Positions 1-9,129 of a DNA stretch of 55,977 nucleotides are shown here, piece after piece. A program made the translations under genes and the position numbers. The notes under the pieces are model-generated. The model saw nothing but the letters and a program-made list of their open reading frames with translations. It searched no databases and was not told where the DNA came from. Each line of letters begins with the position of its first letter. Positions within the stretch are counted from its first letter, which is position 1. This stretch comes from Clostridiaceae bacterium (lineage in GTDB: Bacteria; Bacillota; Clostridia; CAYPLH01; DUMO01): NCBI GenBank assembly GCA_012839865.1, contig DUMO01000028.1, positions 1-55,977 on the forward strand, read 5' to 3'.

Positions 1-111
1 CTTAAGGCTAATGCCAAGAATTTCACACATTTGCTTCATGTCAAGAACATCAGGATATTTCTTTAACATAATTCGATAAGCTTTTTCCTGTGATAATTTT
101 TCATTAGCCAT
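1..111 (-). CDS. Helix-turn-helix excisionase-like (HTH_17/Xis-type) protein, 5' part; runs off the window edge
   Basis: Not in the ORF track. Reverse strand reads GAAAGGGGGCTTAAAT-ATG (RBS) then MANEKLSQEKAYRIMLKKYPDVLDMKQMCEILGISLK, open to position 1. The YPDVL..QMCEILGIS pattern is typical of small HTH proteins encoded beside integrases in Firmicute integrative elements. Confidence 0.72.
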   Translation of the reverse strand, partial: MANEKLSQEKAYRIMLKKYPDVLDMKQMCEILGISLK

Positions 112-328
112 ATTTAAGCCCCCTTTCAAGCTTTAACCCGATATTCTTTGCATCGGTAGTAAAGGTCAACCGCACTCCTGAAGTTTTAACAGCTTTTATT
201 GATACATTCGGATACAAATCAACACGATCATACAACAGTCTCCATGGCCTGCACCATGTATCTCCTATTTCTACAGATATGCTTCCTTCAAACGAAAAAA
301 CACCATCAAAATAACAATATTCCCGCAT
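104..328 (-). pseudogene. 5' fragment of an SGNH/GDSL hydrolase (N-terminal accessory domain), truncated
   Basis: Strong RBS (AAAGGAGG) before ATG at 328. The peptide contains PWRL..Y...LYP and SGVRLTFTTDA, recognised as the N-terminal domain of ~350-aa GDSL-type hydrolases. It stops after 74 aa, overlapping the RBS/start of the HTH gene. Confidence 0.55.
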
Positions 329-463
329 CAAAAAAGCCTCCTTTGATAATTGAGCAATTAACTTTTGAAAGCCCGTTTGAAAATGAGCTTTCTACCTTAT
401 TAACACCATATTATCAAAGTCATTAAATAATCTCAATAAAAAATGTTTATGTTTGCCTTGCAT

Positions 464-509
464 AAAAAAGCACTGAAGTGGTTCAACTTAAGTTAAACAA
501 CCCCAGTGC
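464..509 (-). terminator. Probable intrinsic terminator of the beta-helix gene
   Basis: GCACTG...CAGTGC stem followed by a T6 tract on the minus strand, about 55 nt after the stop. Confidence 0.55.
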
Positions 510-562
510 AGATATAATAAATATTATTTCAAATCTTTTATATTAAGCTAATAGTATCATAA

Positions 563-2587
563 TTATTTTATTATTGCCTTCATGGCATCCAGCAATTTGT
601 TAAACACTTCAGTAATCTGTCTAATTATTTTATACACAACAATTTGCTTGTAGGCCGATTCATCTTCCAAATTGCCCATAAGCTCTTGTATCTGATCAAC
701 CATTTCATCCAGACCAACCGTCGGGTCAATTATATATTCATAAGTTACCACATTGCTCGGGAATACACCTTCCTTGTAAGCAACTGCTTTAATAACCGTC
801 TTGAAGGGTTCAATTTTAATAGGTTCGGTGTAAACCATGCTTTCAGTGGTGGGCTCTGTGCCATCGGTTGTATAGTAGATAACCGCGCCCTCGGTCACAG
901 TGGTAAGAGTTGTTGTCAATGGCTCTTCATATGTTCCGGAAGGAAGACTTGCAACAGGAGCTGCCGCCCTCTTGACACTCAGGGAAGCCTCAGCTGTATT
1001 GCCATATGCGCCTATATTTATTCTTCCTCCGTTGTCAGCAGGTTCATTGGTGTAGTCGGAATCAGGGGCACCTGCGTCTATGCATGGCGATGTAACATCA
1101 TCTATTACCCATTCGGTGCCATTCCATCTTCCCAGTTGTGACTTCAGATGATAATCATGATTTTCGGGATCTGCGAAGCATGGATCAGTGTCAAACAGGT
1201 TGCCTGTAGCAGAAACGGGAGTAAAGTTTTTAAAATCAGCTCCATTATTGTTGTAGAAGCAGTTGTATTCAACAATGAAATCATGCCTCTTGCCCAACTC
1301 ATAATATATTCCGTATCCGCTCTCTTCATCTCCACTGGCTTTTACCAGCGAATTATTCTTTGTGTTTGAAATTATATTGTTGCGTATTGTCAAAGTATAT
1401 GGTCCGGGTTCAGAGGGCCTTGTGGAAAGCCATTCATGCACGTTTATACCTGCTGCTCCGCATCCGTCAATTACATTGTTTTCAATAAGGGCGTTAAAAC
1501 CGTCTATTACAATTCCACCCTTTAAGCCAATGTTGGAAGCTGCATCATTGGCACCTTCATAGTAACCACAGTTGTAAATTATATTGTTATAGACATGTAC
1601 GAAGGTGTCTTCAGGCTGGAATTGATATTGTGGTGCGGTTGCATTGCCAAAAATCCAGATACCTGCATATTTTACGTCGTATATGACGTTGTTGAAAACT
1701 TCAATGTCAGTCATTTGATGGTAACCGTTGGCATTATTGATGCAATTCTCTTTCTGAATCTCAATACCCGGGCCACCTTTGTTCCCAATGGCTGAAATAA
1801 CATTATTGTAGAATTTAACATGGTTGGTACTGCTGGCTCTCAAGCCACTGTTTGTCTGAATATAAATTAAGTTGTTATATGCGTTTACATAATCGCACTT
1901 ATACGCATAAAGTCCGTCATGACCGATTTCATCAATAATATTGTCATGATATTCTACATTGGTGCATGTCTTTACCTGCAGTCCGTCATTGCAGCCATGA
2001 GTCAGATACATGTTGTATACTTCTATGTCATTACATGTCTGCAGATATATCAGATTATAATAATTTTTCCCGTTTGTATTCGGGTAATCAATGGCTATAA
2101 CATTGCTTCCGCTTAATGCCTGCTTGATATTCGGGCCGTTTCCGTCCAGCTTGAATCCACGGATGACAAAGTTGCCCAATATAGCGTCTGTGCCTGAAAC
2201 CATGGCTGCAGTTTTATTCTCGATCATACCCTTGTTTGCAGGCCAGCATGCACTGGGTGAAAGCATAACAACTGTGCCTTCTTCACCTTCAAGAATAACT
2301 TTCTCGTCTTTTTTGCCTGCAATATAAATGGTGTCATCAATAACATAGGTACCAGCTTTCAAATGAATTGTGGTATAGCCTTTATTTGCCAACACAAAAT
2401 CAATTGCCTGCTGGATTTCGACCTGATCATTGTCACCGCCGTCGCAGTTGAAATCTCCGCTTCCATCAGTTGCTACATAAACAATAGGTGCTGTTGGTGT
2501 AGAGTCTGCATATGCCGGTAAAATGCAAGTCAACATCATAACAAGTATTACCGCTGCCGACAAAAAACACTTGACATTTCTTTTCAT
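563..2587 (-). CDS. Secreted right-handed parallel beta-helix (pectin-lyase-like) protein with a chitobiase/beta-hexosaminidase C-terminal (Fn3-associated) domain
   Basis: Start moved to ATG 2587 (RBS CAGGAGGG), giving signal peptide MKRNVKCFLSAAVILVMMLTCILPAYA. Contains Asn-rich beta-helix repeats (IENNVIDG, IRNNIISN), a DYHLKS..SPCIDAG..INIGAYG module and the YYTTDGTEPT motif. Confidence 0.8.
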   Translation of the reverse strand: MKRNVKCFLSAAVILVMMLTCILPAYADSTPTAPIVYVATDGSGDFNCDGGDNDQVEIQQAIDFVLANKGYTTIHLKAGTYVIDDTIYIAGKKDEKVILEGEEGTVVMLSPSACWPANKGMIENKTAAMVSGTDAILGNFVIRGFKLDGNGPNIKQALSGSNVIAIDYPNTNGKNYYNLIYLQTCNDIEVYNMYLTHGCNDGLQVKTCTNVEYHDNIIDEIGHDGLYAYKCDYVNAYNNLIYIQTNSGLRASSTNHVKFYNNVISAIGNKGGPGIEIQKENCINNANGYHQMTDIEVFNNVIYDVKYAGIWIFGNATAPQYQFQPEDTFVHVYNNIIYNCGYYEGANDAASNIGLKGGIVIDGFNALIENNVIDGCGAAGINVHEWLSTRPSEPGPYTLTIRNNIISNTKNNSLVKASGDEESGYGIYYELGKRHDFIVEYNCFYNNNGADFKNFTPVSATGNLFDTDPCFADPENHDYHLKSQLGRWNGTEWVIDDVTSPCIDAGAPDSDYTNEPADNGGRINIGAYGNTAEASLSVKRAAAPVASLPSGTYEEPLTTTLTTVTEGAVIYYTTDGTEPTTESMVYTEPIKIEPFKTVIKAVAYKEGVFPSNVVTYEYIIDPTVGLDEMVDQIQELMGNLEDESAYKQIVVYKIIRQITEVFNKLLDAMKAIIK

Positions 2588-3137
2588 ATTGAATTGCCCT
2601 CCTGAAATGTTTGTAACAGGCCTGTTCAAGAATAATATTAATTTTTCAGGGAATCACCTGTCAATCAGGTATGTTCAAACAATAAATTAATGACACCGGG
2701 AAAAATATTTGCAACTTTATCCATAGTCTTGGAAAAGCTCAACTCCATTGCACGTTTATGGTCAGTTTACAGGCAAAAAATTATTACATGGAAGTTTAAT
2801 CTCCATAATCATTTTTGAATGGCACCTTTAGGAGAAAAGTTAATAAATGACACGGGAGTGAACTTTTGCAACACGATTAATGGATCCAGGAAATGCCAGA
2901 TGTATATGAATTTCTGCCTATTACCTTTCGCAAGAGGTAAAAATGTCTCGGGAAATTTTTCAGGGAGCAAACTGCTCCCTGGACTCATTGGATATGTTTT
3001 CATCGTCCTCAAACTTAAATTTAAGCAAATCTGCTCCGCTGACTTTTTGGATAACAATATGTACAAAACCCCGGGCTTAAGAAGTCGATCTTATAATTGT
3101 TAAGGGACATTAAGGGACATTACAGACCAGTCTTAAC

Positions 3138-3356
3138 TTAAAATGTCGAAACCAGTGCTTCTTTGTCAAGAATTCTGTCCAGCTCTTTGCTTAATTCCAG
3201 CAGTTCACCTTTATTAACCTGAGTTTTCATTGCATCGTTCAATCTTTCCAGCAACTCCATATGGTTTATGTTTTTACTTGATCCCATGCTCATTTTCCTG
3301 CCGGTATCTTTACCTTCCTTTATACTACTTGTTTTGCATTTACATTGGTGTTTCAA
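3138..3356 (-). CDS. Small protein, possibly Spo0E-like aspartyl-phosphate phosphatase family
   Basis: RBS AGGAGG before TTG start. The helical C-terminus ELLELSKELDRIL resembles the Spo0E S(Q/K)ELD motif. Confidence 0.4.
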   Translation of the reverse strand: MKHQCKCKTSSIKEGKDTGRKMSMGSSKNINHMELLERLNDAMKTQVNKGELLELSKELDRILDKEALVSTF

Positions 3357-3640
3357 AAATACTCCTCCTACTTTTTTAATATTTTTGTAGAAGGTGTTGT
3401 TGTTGGGTTAACTTCATACAGGATATTATAGATTTTGTCAAAATTCAATATCGAAATAACCAACATCACCGCAAATGCTTGTATATGAAGGCCAACAATA
3501 TTCTGGAAATACCCGGGAAATAATTTTATGATAATTCTCCAACATCAGTTGGGCTCGTCATACACAATATATACGTATAAAGAATAACCTAAATACAATA
3601 TATTGTCAATTGATTTCAGTTATAAAATTTACGGTTGACA

Positions 3641-4831
3641 TCAGGATTCAATACTTGGTATTCCAATTTCGATTTCAATGTCCTTTTCGTAATCCACACC
3701 GTTTATAGAAAATCCAAATAATTGGAAAAATTCATTTCTGTACCCTTCCAAATCCGAAATATCTTTTATGTTATCCGAATTTACCATGTTCCAGGCTCTT
3801 GATACCTCTTCTTGCACATCATCCCGCATTTCAAGGTCATCAATCCTTATACGCCCCTTGTCATCCAACAGCAGATTCCCTTCATACAGATTTTTGAGCA
3901 AACGGCTCATCTGTTCTATGCACCCTTCGTGAATCCCTTTATTCTTCATTACTTTAAAAAGTATTGACACATAAAGGGGTACAACCGGTATGGCTGAGCT
4001 TGCCTGGGTAACAACCGCCTTGTTGATTGATACATATGCTTTTCCGCCAATCTCTTTCAGGCTGCCGGTAATTTCTCCGGCTGCCGCTTCCAGATCATCC
4101 TTTGCTTTGCCTATGGTTCCGTCACGATAAATGGGATGAGTCAGTTCAGGTCCCACATATGAGTAAGCCAGCGTAATTACATTATCGGCCAGTAAATTTT
4201 GGCTTTTGAGGGTTTCCATCCACAGCTTCCAGTCATCGCCGCCCATAACCGCCACAGTATTTTTAATTTCTTCCCCGGCAGCCCTTTCTATTGTGATGTC
4301 CGTCACCTCGCCGGTGTGAAAATCAACGGTTTTACTTGCATAATCCCTGCCGATGGGTTTTAAAACCGAGTTGTAAACCTCACCTGTAACCGGGTCCACT
4401 CTTCTTGGAGCAGCCAAACTGTAAATAACAAGGTCAACCTTTCCTAAATCCTTTTTAATCAGTTCGGCAACCTGATTTTTTATTTCATTTGAAAAAGCAT
4501 CACCGTTTACACTCTTGGCATATAAACCTTCCGCATGGGCTGATTTTTCAAATGCAGCAGAATTATACCACCCGGCGGAAGCAGTCTTTTTCGGGGCTGA
4601 GGCCTGCTTTTCAAAAAACACTCCTATTGTTCCGGCCTTATAACCAAAAGCTGCAGTAATTCTTGAAGCAAGGCCATAACCTGTGGATGCGCCTATTACA
4701 AGAACATTTTTCGGGCCTTGTGAAAACTCCAAACTCTTGACGTATTCAATTTGTTCTTTAACATTGTACTCGCATCCGACAGGATGAGCAGTTGTACATA
4801 TAAACCCTCTGAATTTTGGTTGAATAATCAT
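3641..4831 (-). CDS. fabV: Enoyl-ACP reductase FabV / trans-2-enoyl-CoA reductase
   Basis: MIIQPKFRGFICTTAHPVGC N-terminus, GASTGYGLASRI nucleotide-binding motif, YSLAAP and KAVVTQASSAIP motifs. Confidence 0.95.
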   Translation of the reverse strand: MIIQPKFRGFICTTAHPVGCEYNVKEQIEYVKSLEFSQGPKNVLVIGASTGYGLASRITAAFGYKAGTIGVFFEKQASAPKKTASAGWYNSAAFEKSAHAEGLYAKSVNGDAFSNEIKNQVAELIKKDLGKVDLVIYSLAAPRRVDPVTGEVYNSVLKPIGRDYASKTVDFHTGEVTDITIERAAGEEIKNTVAVMGGDDWKLWMETLKSQNLLADNVITLAYSYVGPELTHPIYRDGTIGKAKDDLEAAAGEITGSLKEIGGKAYVSINKAVVTQASSAIPVVPLYVSILFKVMKNKGIHEGCIEQMSRLLKNLYEGNLLLDDKGRIRIDDLEMRDDVQEEVSRAWNMVNSDNIKDISDLEGYRNEFFQLFGFSINGVDYEKDIEIEIGIPSIES

Positions 4832-5134
4832 TGTAAAACTCCTTCCATATGCACTGAGTTGCTATTTTTCTTATAGATTATACAATAATTTTTATATTGT
4901 TGAAAGCATGTGCTAATTATAACACCCTTTAGCTGGCAGGGAAATGATTGCCGTTCTGAGATTCCGGAGGATGCTAAGCAGCAAATGAATCCCATACTGA
5001 CATTTCCGGCAATATATAAAAAAATGCCCCGGCATCAGATAATTCAAGCGAAATCCCCATGCTCAAACAGCACTGACATTATCTGATTCCAAGGCATTTT
5101 AATTATTTCCCAAGCAAATATCCAAAAACACATC

Positions 5135-6124
5135 TTAGAGGTAAAAATAGTGCCCGCCAATAATTGCAAAAAGGATTCTATTCGCTTGTATCCATGTATA
5201 ACCTGACTTTGCCGGATTCAAGAAATATAAGGAGCCTCCTGCATTATTATTTCCTTCAAGGGCTTCCCTGGCTGCACGTATACTGTCCTGGGAAGGCTCA
5301 TTGTATATTGAGCCGTTCTTGACCGGGGTAAACTGATATCCATAAGACGGGTCAAATATTACATCTTTTATTGTATCCGGGAAATCGGGACTATTCTTTC
5401 TGTTTATCACTACGTTGGCAACAGCAAGTTTCCCTTCATAGGGTTCACCGTTGGCTTCAGCTTCAACAATTCTGGAAAGCCAGTACAGGTCCTCATCGCT
5501 ATATGAATATGAATAACTTGAAACAGGAATAATCTCTTTCTGTACCTGTACATTGGTATCAATAACAGCAATGTACTCAGCCGGGTCCCATGACAGGCCG
5601 CATCCAAGATTTTCTGCAACAAACCGCAAAGGTATATAAATTCTCCCGTTTAAATTATTTATAACAAACCCTGCGTCAAAAATGCTCCCGTCAACTTCCA
5701 CAAATCTTGATCCCGGTGTAAGTTTTATTACTTTACCGTTGCTGCTGATAACAGCCGCTTTAATTTCATTGTCCCAATCCACATTTGCACCGAGGCCTTC
5801 CGCCACAAACCGGACAGGCGCAAAGACCATGTCCCTTTCAATGTAGCAGGGTGAGTCCATTTCAATAGTTGCCCCGTTTACCTGCACTGATATATTCTTA
5901 TTGTCATATACAGGCTTAACTTTTATAAGCTGCCCCACATAAACAAACGGATTGTCAACCCCATTCAAACTCAACAACTCATTCAGATCAACATCGTATT
6001 TCAAAGATATTTTGTAATAAGACTCGCCGGGCTGAACCGTATGCATAACATAACTTGAAGCAAATATTGGTTCAGCAAATGTCACCATGAAAACCAATAC
6101 CAACAAAAGAACTATTTTCTTAAT
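5135..6124 (-). CDS. Secreted cell-wall hydrolase: LysM + copper-amine-oxidase N-terminal-like domain + Hydrolase_2 (SleB/CwlJ-like)
   Basis: LysM (HTVQPGESYYKISLKY), APVRFVAEGLGANVDWD, catalytic LSRIVEAEANGEP...VANVVINR and YQFTPV motifs. Start extended to ATT 6124 from RBS spacing (see findings). Confidence 0.88.
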   Translation of the reverse strand: MKKIVLLLVLVFMVTFAEPIFASSYVMHTVQPGESYYKISLKYDVDLNELLSLNGVDNPFVYVGQLIKVKPVYDNKNISVQVNGATIEMDSPCYIERDMVFAPVRFVAEGLGANVDWDNEIKAAVISSNGKVIKLTPGSRFVEVDGSIFDAGFVINNLNGRIYIPLRFVAENLGCGLSWDPAEYIAVIDTNVQVQKEIIPVSSYSYSYSDEDLYWLSRIVEAEANGEPYEGKLAVANVVINRKNSPDFPDTIKDVIFDPSYGYQFTPVKNGSIYNEPSQDSIRAAREALEGNNNAGGSLYFLNPAKSGYTWIQANRILFAIIGGHYFYL

Positions 6125-6250
6125 AATATCTCCCTCCCTTGAGAGGGTATTTTAACATAGAAATATTAAGAACAGATTACAATAGGATTACTAATTCATT
6201 AAGTAATATATTATCTTTTTACTAAAATGGTTTTATTATCCCAATCGATA

Positions 6251-6763
6251 TCAGCCAACAGGCTTCTCCAACGGTCTTCTTCTCATTTGTACTTCTTTGC
6301 AAATTTCAAGGAGTTGATCTCCATTAATACAGGAAATAACATTTTTAAAGCAGAATAACCTGGTATTTGTCTTATAATCTCCCAGGGTTATCAACATGCC
6401 CCTGTAAATAGAGTTATTTTGCATGCATCTTGCAAACTTCATGGCATCCTCAATTTCAACCTGCCTTTTGTAAGCATGTTTCCACACCACTGCAAAAATT
6501 TTGTCATCAATTATAATACCATTTCCCTCTTCACCACACCTGTCTGTAAACTCAACTTTATGGCCTTTTCTTCTGAAGGCTTCCGCAATAACATTGATAA
6601 AATCTTTAGTATTCATATACAGCAAGTCATCTTTTGAGCTTATGCCGTCAAGAAGATTCCGGATTTTTATCCTGTATGCTATTGAAGCAACAAGCGAAAT
6701 AATAAAATGAAAGACAGCAGCAACAGCCAGCGTAAATAACAAACAAAACAACATGATAATCAC
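6251..6763 (-). CDS. Membrane-anchored Mrr-like restriction-endonuclease-fold protein, probably catalytically degenerate
   Basis: N-terminal TM helix, then EAFRRKGHKVEF, GMLITLGDY and ISCINGDQLL, matching the Mrr_cat layout. Confidence 0.65.
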   Translation of the reverse strand: MIIMLFCLLFTLAVAAVFHFIISLVASIAYRIKIRNLLDGISSKDDLLYMNTKDFINVIAEAFRRKGHKVEFTDRCGEEGNGIIIDDKIFAVVWKHAYKRQVEIEDAMKFARCMQNNSIYRGMLITLGDYKTNTRLFCFKNVISCINGDQLLEICKEVQMRRRPLEKPVG

Positions 6764-6868
6764 CCTGCCTTTTAGTCTGCCGCATTATTGGAATAAAATA
6801 CATTCACTTTTATTCATTTTCTGGAGTATTTGTTTGTCTTATGACCGGACAATTCGGCATCAGTTGAA

Positions 6869-6909
6869 TAAAAACAGCTCTGACGCTGTATTGCAGTATC
6901 AGAGCTGTT
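6869..6909 (-). terminator. Intrinsic terminator after speD
   Basis: 11-bp inverted repeat AACAGCTCTGA/TCAGAGCTGTT with a T tract on the minus strand. Confidence 0.7.
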
Positions 6910-6943
6910 GTCTGAAATGATATTGCTGAACATGGCATTCAAC

Positions 6944-7753
6944 TCAAACATTCGGTATATTTCTCCCATAAAATATTTCAGCCATTTCCCGCTTCAATCT
7001 TTGCTTGATTTTTCTTCTTTGAGACCTGCTCAATTCTTCCTTCGCCTTATTAAACAAATAATTGTCCAGGTTGAATTCCTTCAAAAGCATTTTTGTATGA
7101 AAAATATTTTCCTGATAAACATTTACATCAATCATGTGATACAGTTTCCTGATTTCACCGGGGATGTAGTTTTGTATTGAGTTTATCTTATGATCTATGA
7201 AATATTTCCGTCCGTCCACATCTCTGGTAAACCCTCTTACACGGTAGTCTATAGTGGCAATATCCACATCAAAGCTATGAAGTAAATAGGTGAGAGCCTT
7301 AAGAGGGGATATTCTGCCGCAGGTTGATACATCAATATCGGCTCTGAATGTGCTGATACCCTGATCAGGATGACTTTCAGGATATGTATGAACCGTAATA
7401 TGGCTTTTATCAAGATGTGCGACAACCGCTTCCGGAAGCGGGCCTGGCTCCTCGGCACTTGAAATATAATCGGAACCGCCCTTTTCCTCTGAAATTAAGA
7501 TGGTTACGCTGGCTCCCTGGGGGTCATAATCCTGCTTTGCAATATTGAGTATATTAGCTCCTATTATATCTGCAACATCGGTAAGTATTTTTGTCAGCCT
7601 GTCCGCATTGTACTCTTCATCAATATACTCAATATATCCCTTCCTGTCTTCTTCAGTTTGGGCATAGCAAATATCATAAAGATTAAAGCTAAGTGTTTTG
7701 GTCAAATTATTAAACCCATACAGTTTTAACTTTTTAATACCTTTAATCTCCAT
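6944..7753 (-). CDS. speD: S-adenosylmethionine decarboxylase proenzyme (class 1A, E. coli type)
   Basis: [30 protein letters not shown] and the [14 protein letters not shown] self-cleavage motif. Confidence 0.96.
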   Translation of the reverse strand: MEIKGIKKLKLYGFNNLTKTLSFNLYDICYAQTEEDRKGYIEYIDEEYNADRLTKILTDVADIIGANILNIAKQDYDPQGASVTILISEEKGGSDYISSAEEPGPLPEAVVAHLDKSHITVHTYPESHPDQGISTFRADIDVSTCGRISPLKALTYLLHSFDVDIATIDYRVRGFTRDVDGRKYFIDHKINSIQNYIPGEIRKLYHMIDVNVYQENIFHTKMLLKEFNLDNYLFNKAKEELSRSQRRKIKQRLKREMAEIFYGRNIPNV

Positions 7754-7821
7754 AATATTTTCACCACCTTTTATAATTTTTTGCTTTTACAGTATTTGCA
7801 CACCTTGAAAGCTGCAACCTG

Positions 7822-8490
7822 TCATGTCTTGATTAATTCAGCAATTTCATCTTTTTTTAGTGTTATAAACAGGTCATTTATTGTATTAATTTTCTTATTT
7901 GTTATTATACCACCTCGAGCCAAATCTACAACCTGATGAAAGTCTGAACCTGAAATCATTTTCAGCCCGTTAGACAGGGCATGCCTGTAAGCAATATCAT
8001 TGTTGGATTCATGTCGGGGGTTCCCATTATATACTTCTATGCCATCCAATAAATTTGGTTCCGCTCTCAGCATTGATTTCCTGAAAGGATGAGCCTGATA
8101 AATCAAAAAATCCTTTAATTTTTTAAGCTCTACAAATTTCGCAAGATCCAGCTTATAAAGTTCTTTGTTTTCTTTTAAGAACTCCTCATCCATACCATAA
8201 ACCAAATAATCATTAGGTTCACAATCGAATTTTATCTCAATTCCGAACATTACTGTAAGGCCAAGTTTATTTCCTTCATCAAGGGCAATTCTGTAGCCTT
8301 TTAAATAATCATCAATTTTGTCTTCCCATGTTATCCCGGGTGAATTGTCAAAAAACCCAGAAAAATAATGGTCTGTAATCACAACACCGTTATAGCCTGC
8401 CTCCTTATACAGCCGTACCACATCCCGAGCCTTGACTTTGCCACATCTGCTTGTTTCATCAGTATGAACATGCGTATCGTATTTGTACAT
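7822..8490 (-). CDS. PHP-domain metallo-phosphoesterase
   Basis: DTHVHT, ITDH, AHPFR and GSDFH metal-binding motifs. Confidence 0.9.
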   Translation of the reverse strand: MYKYDTHVHTDETSRCGKVKARDVVRLYKEAGYNGVVITDHYFSGFFDNSPGITWEDKIDDYLKGYRIALDEGNKLGLTVMFGIEIKFDCEPNDYLVYGMDEEFLKENKELYKLDLAKFVELKKLKDFLIYQAHPFRKSMLRAEPNLLDGIEVYNGNPRHESNNDIAYRHALSNGLKMISGSDFHQVVDLARGGIITNKKINTINDLFITLKKDEIAELIKT

Positions 8491-8597
8491 TGAAGTTCGC
8501 TGCCTCCCGAAAGCATTTTAATTTAAGAAATTTATTATAGCACACATGCAGTTTATTGCAACAAAAAAACATGGATTGATGAAAAAATAGAAACACT

Positions 8598-8627
8598 GAA
8601 TAATTTTAAAGTTTATCTAAAATACTA
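8598..8627 (+). promoter_or_regulatory. Possible forespore sigmaG/sigmaF-type promoter
   Basis: GAATA-N18-AATACTA upstream of the spore coat genes; one mismatch to the GHATA/CATAHTA consensus. Confidence 0.35.
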
Positions 8628-8658
8628 AACAATGAAAAATATGAAAGGAGTTGTTTTT

Positions 8659-8844
8659 ATGGCACAATTAAACCAACTTGAACTTCAAAACCTGAGACAT
8701 CTGATTGGTTCCCATGAAACAGCTTATCAGAAGCTGCAAACCTATGCCCAGCAGGCAACCGATCCTAAAATCAAGCAGATGTTTCAGCAATCTGCCCAGT
8801 CTGCACAGAATACAAAGCAAAAACTAATGCAATTTTTAAATTAG
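8659..8844 (+). CDS. Small Gln-rich spore coat protein
   Basis: RBS AAAGGAG before ATG 8659; MAQLNQLELQNLRHLIGSHET...KQKLMQFLN, typical of the partner of Coat F proteins. Confidence 0.75.
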   Translation: MAQLNQLELQNLRHLIGSHETAYQKLQTYAQQATDPKIKQMFQQSAQSAQNTKQKLMQFLN

Positions 8845-8858
8845 GGAGGGATTTTCCA

Positions 8859-9107
8859 ATGATGCAGGAAAAAGATATGGTAAATGACGTGCTTTCCATG
8901 CTAAACAGCAGTATAACAGGATATGCAAATATAATTGTCCAATCCAGCAACCCGGAGTTTCGGCAAACTATCCAGCAAATACGGAACAGTGATGAAACAT
9001 TTCAATATGATCTGTATAAAGTAGCAGAACAAAAAGGTTATTATAAACCCGCCATACCGGCTGACCAGAGTGATATATTGCAAGTCAGGTCCCAGGTTGG
9101 AGGATGA
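8859..9107 (+). CDS. Spore coat protein, Coat F domain
   Basis: RBS GGGAGG; EKDMVNDVLS...YANIIVQSSNPEFRQ...KGYYKP Coat F pattern. Confidence 0.85.
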   Translation: MMQEKDMVNDVLSMLNSSITGYANIIVQSSNPEFRQTIQQIRNSDETFQYDLYKVAEQKGYYKPAIPADQSDILQVRSQVGG

Positions 9108-9129
9108 CAGTCAGGAAAGCAGTGAAAAC

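Noticed and set aside
2975..3012. GGAC-GA..GAAAAC..ATGA-GTCC hammerhead-like words on the minus strand
   Set aside because: No CUGAUGA core and too little sequence to form stems I and III.
2809..3103. Two opposing 85-94-aa ORFs in the intergenic gap
   Set aside because: No convincing RBS or motif on either strand; likely spurious.
3141..3150. TGTCGAA Spo0A box
   Set aside because: It lies inside the 3' end of a coding sequence, not near a promoter; a single 7-mer is expected by chance.
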